The notes beneath the pieces were generated by a model that was given only the letters and a program-made list of their open reading frames with translations, had not been told where the DNA came from and did no database searches. A stretch of DNA of 32,000 bases from Pseudomonas aeruginosa (GTDB lineage: Bacteria; Pseudomonadota; Gammaproteobacteria; Pseudomonadales; Pseudomonadaceae). Location: contig NZ_LN831024.1 of the NCBI RefSeq assembly GCF_001457615.1, positions 5,370,001-5,402,000 on the forward strand. The letters run 5' to 3'. Positions 25,485-32,000 of the stretch are shown here, piece by piece. Made by a program: the position numbers and the translations under genes. Position 1 is the stretch's first letter. Every line of letters begins with the position of its first letter.

Positions 25485-26630
25485 ATGATCATTTCCGCTT
25501 CCACCGACTACCGCGCCGCCGCCCAACGCAAGCTGCCGCCGTTCCTCTTCCACTACATCGACGGCGGCGCCTACGCCGAGTACACCCTGCGCCGCAACGT
25601 CGAGGACCTGTCGGCCATCGCCCTGCGTCAGCGGGTGCTGAAGAACATGTCCGAGCTGAGCCTGGAAACCCGCCTGTTCGACGAGACCCTAGCGATGCCG
25701 GTGGCGCTCGCCCCGGTCGGTCTCACCGGCATGTATGCCCGCCGCGGCGAGGTCCAGGCGGCGCGCGCGGCGGCGGCGAAGGGCGTACCCTTCACCCTGT
25801 CGACGGTATCGGTGTGCCCGATCGAGGAGGTCGCCCCGGCCATCGACCGGCCGATGTGGTTCCAGCTCTACGTGCTGAAGGACCGCGGCTTCATGCGCAA
25901 CGCCCTGGAGCGGGCCAAGGCCGCCGGCGTCACCACCCTGGTGTTCACCGTCGACATGCCGGTCCCCGGCGCCCGCTACCGCGACGCCCATTCCGGCATG
26001 AGCGGCCCCTACGCCGCGCCGCGCCGCATCCTGCAAGCCATGACCCACCCGGTCTGGGCCTGGGACGTCGGCCTGCTGGGCAAGCCCCACGACCTCGGCA
26101 ACATTTCCGCCTACCGCGGCAACCCGACCGGACTGGAGGACTACATCGGCTGGCTGGGCGCCAACTTCGACCCGTCGATTTCCTGGAAGGACCTGGAGTG
26201 GATCCGCGAGTTCTGGGACGGCCCGATGGTGATCAAGGGCATCCTCGACCCGGAGGATGCCAGGGATGCGGTGAAGTTCGGCGCCGACGGCATCGTCGTC
26301 TCCAACCACGGCGGGCGCCAGCTCGACGGCGTGCTGTCCAGCGCCCGCGCGCTGCCGGCGATCGCCGATGCGGTGAAGGGCGAACTGGCGATCCTTGCCG
26401 ACTCCGGCATCCGCACCGGTCTCGACGTGGTGCGGATGATCGCCCTCGGCGCCGACAGCGTGCTGCTCGGCCGCGCCTTCGTCTACGCCCTGGCCGCCGC
26501 CGGCGAGGCCGGGGTGCGCAACCTGCTCGAACTGATCGAAAAGGAAATGCGCGTGGCCATGGTCCTCACCGGGGCCAAGTCGATCGGCGAGATCAGCGCC
26601 GACTCGCTGGTCCGCGAACTGGGCGCCTGA
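25485..26630 (+). CDS. lldD: FMN-dependent L-lactate dehydrogenase
   Basis: I place the start at the ATG at 25485 ([30 protein letters not shown], 381 aa), with a GGAAGAG SD. It carries the alpha-hydroxy-acid dehydrogenase motif SNHGGRQLD. Confidence 0.95.
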   Translation: MIISASTDYRAAAQRKLPPFLFHYIDGGAYAEYTLRRNVEDLSAIALRQRVLKNMSELSLETRLFDETLAMPVALAPVGLTGMYARRGEVQAARAAAAKGVPFTLSTVSVCPIEEVAPAIDRPMWFQLYVLKDRGFMRNALERAKAAGVTTLVFTVDMPVPGARYRDAHSGMSGPYAAPRRILQAMTHPVWAWDVGLLGKPHDLGNISAYRGNPTGLEDYIGWLGANFDPSISWKDLEWIREFWDGPMVIKGILDPEDARDAVKFGADGIVVSNHGGRQLDGVLSSARALPAIADAVKGELAILADSGIRTGLDVVRMIALGADSVLLGRAFVYALAAAGEAGVRNLLELIEKEMRVAMVLTGAKSIGEISADSLVRELGA

Positions 26631-26696
26631 GACGCCCACCAGAAAAGCCTGAAAACGCCCGGGGCGTGACCGTCGTCCCAGGGCCGAGGAAAGCCG

Positions 26697-29508
<2,812 letters not shown>

Positions 29509-29513
<5 letters not shown>

Positions 29514-29796
29514 GGCGAATAACCACTCGCGGTTGTCCGCCGGGCCATGCTCCGCAGAAGCAGCGGATAGCGCCGCTGGCGCTATTCGCCCTACCTCACG
29601 ACTCCCACCGGTAGGGCGAATAACCGCTCGCGGTTATCCGCCGGGCCATGCTCCGCAGAAGCAGCGGATAGCGCCGCTGGCGCTATTCGCCCTACCTCAC
29701 GACTCCCACCGGTAGGGCGAATAACCGCTCGCGGTTATCCGCCGGGCCATGCTCCGCAGAAGCGGCGGATAGCGCCGCTGGCGCTATTCGCCCTAC
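29509..29796. repeat. Tandem array of 3 x 101-bp units, each an inverted pair of GTAG-headed REP-type palindromes
   Basis: TAGGGCGAAT recurs at 29511, 29612 and 29713. The unit is GTAGGGCGAATAACCGCTCGCGGTTATCCGCC, a spacer, GCGGATAGCGCCGCTGGCGCTATTCGCCCTAC, and a linker. Only three substitutions distinguish the copies (29525, 29535, 29764). Confidence 0.9.
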
Positions 29797-29857
29797 GTCA
29801 GGCGAAATGGCTGCTCCGGCGTCGTCGGCCCGCGCCGGGTCGGGCAAAAAATCCGTC

Positions 29858-29874
29858 GTTAAGCACCTCTTAAG
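29858..29874 (+). promoter_or_regulatory. PmrA-type response-regulator box
   Basis: GTTAAG-N5-CTTAAG is a direct repeat matching the CTTAAG-N5-CTTAAG PmrA consensus as I recall it. It lies 68 nt upstream of the speD-like ATG. A possible -10 element, TATCGT, is at 29886-29891. Confidence 0.7.
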
Positions 29875-29941
29875 TCAGCCGCGCCTATCGTGCCTTCCAC
29901 CGCGAGGACATCCCTCGCCGAAACGGAAGCAGGAGGCCTTC

Positions 29942-30424
29942 ATGGCAATTCAACCGTTGCGACTCGATCCGATCACCGTGCTCGGCAAGCAACTGGTCAT
30001 CGAGCTGTTCGACTGCGTCGACCAGCGCTTCGACGATATCCAGTGGATCGAGGAAAGCATGCTCGAGGCCGCCCGCCAGGCCAACGCCACCATCATCACC
30101 TCGGCGTTCCACAAGTTCAGCCCGATCGGCATCTCCGGCGTGGTGGTGATCGCCGAATCGCACCTGGCGATCCATACCTGGCCGGAGTACGGCTATGCCG
30201 CGGTCGACGTGTTCACCTGCGGCGACGTACTCGATGGCGCCCAGGCCGTGCGCGTGCTCAGCGAACGCCTGGGCAGCCGTCGGCACCTGATCTCGAGCAT
30301 GGACCGCGGCCTCGGCGGCCATCGCCTGGGGCTGCTCAGCCGCAGCCTGGCCGGCAATGGCCCGGTCGACGAAGACAGCCCGACCCTGCGCTGGGCGCTG
30401 GGCCAGGGCACGGGGGTGGCCTGA
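29942..30424 (+). CDS. Pyruvoyl-dependent S-adenosylmethionine decarboxylase proenzyme, small SpeH/class-1b type (PA4773-like)
   Basis: I place the start at the ATG at 29942 (MAIQPLRLDP, 160 aa), with AGGAGG 5 nt upstream. It carries the self-cleavage and active-site motif VVVIAESHLAIHTWPEYGYAAVDVFTCGD, with the Ser codon at 30158-30160. Confidence 0.85.
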   Translation: MAIQPLRLDPITVLGKQLVIELFDCVDQRFDDIQWIEESMLEAARQANATIITSAFHKFSPIGISGVVVIAESHLAIHTWPEYGYAAVDVFTCGDVLDGAQAVRVLSERLGSRRHLISSMDRGLGGHRLGLLSRSLAGNGPVDEDSPTLRWALGQGTGVA

Positions 30425-31551
30425 TGGATACGCCGATCGAACGCGCCCCGCTGGCTCCCGACCTGAGCCAGGCCCGTTACGCCGTCGACCTCACCGGCCT
30501 GGTGCCGGCGGAGGTCGCCGCCGGGCTGCCGCCGCTGCCGCCGAACCACTTCTATTTCTATCCGCCGGACCCGCTGCTGGAAGGCGACGGCGCGATCACC
30601 GCGATCGAGGACAGCGACCCCTTCGACCAGTACGTCTACCGCCTGCGCCGGGTGCTCTACCAGGGCCGCACGCGCTGGCAGAACGTGCTGATCGCCGACA
30701 CCTACAACTACGACCGCGTGCTGATGCTCGACGGCGCGATCCAGAGCGCCGAGAGCGATGAGTCGCTGTACCACGAGCTGCTGGTGCAGCCGGCCATGCT
30801 CGCCCACGACGAGCCGCGCGACGTACTGATCATCGGCGGCGGCGAAGGCGCCACCCTGCGCGAGGTGCTGTCCCATGCCAGCGTGCGGCGGGCGGTGATG
30901 GTCGATCTCGACCGGGAGCTGGTGGAACTGTGTCGCGAACACCTGTTCCAGTGGCACCAGGGCGCCTTCGACGACCCACGCTGCGAACTGCTCGCCGAGG
31001 ACGGCCGGGCCTATCTCGAGCGCGACCCGTCGCTCTATGACGTGGTCATCATCGACGTCGTCGACATGCTCGACAACGGCCCGGCCCAGGCTCTCTATAC
31101 CCGCCAGTTCTACGAGCTGCTGCATTCGCGCCTGCGACCGGGCGGGGTGGTCGCGGTGCAGGGGCTGGAGTTCTCCCACAGCGACGACAAGCCCCACGCG
31201 GCCCTCGCCCGCACCCTGCGCAGTGTCTTCTCCCGGGTCCACAGCTACCGCGCCACGGTGCCCTCGTTCCTCTCCTCCTGGGGCTTCCTGCTGGCTTCCG
31301 ACTGGCTCGACACGAACCACTGGCAGGCCGAGGACATCGACCGACGCATCGAACGCAAGCTCGGCCCGCTGTGGCTCGACCACCTCGACGGCGACTACCT
31401 CAAGGCCTGCTTCGTGATGGACCGGGAAACCCGCTTCCTGCTCGCCCAACCGGGACCGGTACTGGAAGACGGCGTACCCTTCGTCGCACCGCCGGATATC
31501 GAGGAGATCGAGTTCGGCCCGGCACAATTGCCGGCCCTGGCGAGGACCTGA
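30424..31551 (+). CDS. Spermidine-synthase-like polyamine aminopropyltransferase with an N-terminal extension (PA4774-like)
   Basis: The ATG at 30424 overlaps the upstream stop (TGATG). The product is 375 aa. The aminopropyltransferase motifs VLIIGGGEGATLREVL and VIIDVVDMLDNGPAQALYTRQFY are present. The 553-aa ORF in the track is the same frame run on upstream through the speD-like gene. Confidence 0.85.
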   Translation: MDTPIERAPLAPDLSQARYAVDLTGLVPAEVAAGLPPLPPNHFYFYPPDPLLEGDGAITAIEDSDPFDQYVYRLRRVLYQGRTRWQNVLIADTYNYDRVLMLDGAIQSAESDESLYHELLVQPAMLAHDEPRDVLIIGGGEGATLREVLSHASVRRAVMVDLDRELVELCREHLFQWHQGAFDDPRCELLAEDGRAYLERDPSLYDVVIIDVVDMLDNGPAQALYTRQFYELLHSRLRPGGVVAVQGLEFSHSDDKPHAALARTLRSVFSRVHSYRATVPSFLSSWGFLLASDWLDTNHWQAEDIDRRIERKLGPLWLDHLDGDYLKACFVMDRETRFLLAQPGPVLEDGVPFVAPPDIEEIEFGPAQLPALART

Positions 31552-31553
31552 AG

Positions 31554-32000
31554 ATGTCCGCCGCTCCCCTGGCCAGCGTACCGCTGGCCGTCAACGGCGC
31601 GCCCTGCCTGCTGCACCGGGTACGCTTCCGCTCCGCCGCGGACAGCGGCGGCCTGCCGCTGCTGGCCACCCTGCGCGATCCGCAGCCGGCGCTGGCCGTC
31701 CTGGCGCAACGCATCGAGCTGAGCGAAGACGCGGAACTGCCGGAGACCGCCGTCGACGACGAGCTGCTGGTGATCTTCGCCAACGCCGGGCTACAGACCG
31801 GGCACGCCTGGCGCCAGCGCCTGGAAGCCTGGATGGCCGCCGGCGAGGACGAGCGCCAGCCGACCCTGGAAGCGCCCTCGTTCGGCGAGCGGGTGCTGTG
31901 GCGCCCCGGCCGCGCGCTGGTCATCGGCAACCCCGAGCGCTGCCGGGAGCTGCTCGAAGGCCTGGCCGTCTTCGCCTGGCACGAAGGTCACCTGCGCCGC
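31554..32000 (+). CDS. Hypothetical protein, third gene of the operon (PA4775-like), N-terminal 149 codons; continues past the window end
   Basis: The ATG lies 2 nt after the upstream stop, with GAGGA 7 nt upstream. The frame stays open to the window edge with strong G/C third-position bias. I recognise no motif. It is absent from the ORF track because it has no stop in the window. Confidence 0.7.
   Translation, partial: MSAAPLASVPLAVNGAPCLLHRVRFRSAADSGGLPLLATLRDPQPALAVLAQRIELSEDAELPETAVDDELLVIFANAGLQTGHAWRQRLEAWMAAGEDERQPTLEAPSFGERVLWRPGRALVIGNPERCRELLEGLAVFAWHEGHLRR

Noticed and set aside
26653-26667. A small hairpin, ACGCC-CGG-GGCGT, between lldD and lldE.
   Set aside because: The stem is only 5 bp and there is no U-tract. 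That is too weak to call as a regulatory element.
29533-29715. A 60-aa plus-strand ORF inside the repeat array.
   Set aside because: It is made entirely of REP sequence, so the peptide is internally repetitive. It has no SD and is best explained as non-coding repeat DNA.
30193-31527. A 444-aa minus-strand ORF opposite the speE-like gene.
   Set aside because: It is antisense to a frame carrying clear aminopropyltransferase motifs and has shadow-ORF composition.

Overview
This window reads as core chromosome of a high-GC Pseudomonas, almost certainly P. aeruginosa. From memory, gene order and protein sequences match PAO1 PA4746 to PA4775; no database search was run.

Genes in map order:
- rimP (5' end only), initiator tRNA-fMet, tRNA-Leu(GAG)
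- secG, tpiA, glmM, folP, ftsH, rlmE
- yhbY (+ strand)
- a small membrane protein, greA, carB, a LeuE/RhtB-type exporter, carA
- dapB, dnaJ, dnaK, grpE
- recN (+), fur, bamE/omlA (+)
- an RnfH-family gene and ratA
- smpB (+), lldR, lldP-lldD-lldE (+)
- a PmrA-box-preceded operon: speD-like, speE-like and PA4775-like (+, truncated at the window end)

Several true starts are shorter than the ORF-track models. They were re-placed using Shine-Dalgarno position and known N-termini: glmM, rlmE, carA, dnaK, grpE, bamE, ratA, smpB, lldD and both polyamine genes. Coordinates include the stop codon, as in the supplied ORF track.

Regulatory sites readable directly from the sequence:
- two near-consensus sigma-32 promoters (dnaK, grpE)
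- a LexA box on the recN promoter
- an LldR operator
- a PmrA box
- several intrinsic terminators
- a carA leader terminator with a 7-codon mini-ORF

I see no mobile element, integrase, CRISPR array, defence island or compositional island. I do not see convincing evidence for a wholly undescribed system.

The items most worth a second look:
- the 3 x 101-bp array of inverted REP pairs that begins inside the lldE stop codon
- the second, PmrA-linked aminopropyl-transfer module with its uncharacterised third gene
- the exporter gene embedded in carA-carB
- the carA leader attenuator
- the 58-nt palindrome between lldP and lldD

The many long ORFs antisense to or out of frame with these genes are GC-driven shadow ORFs.
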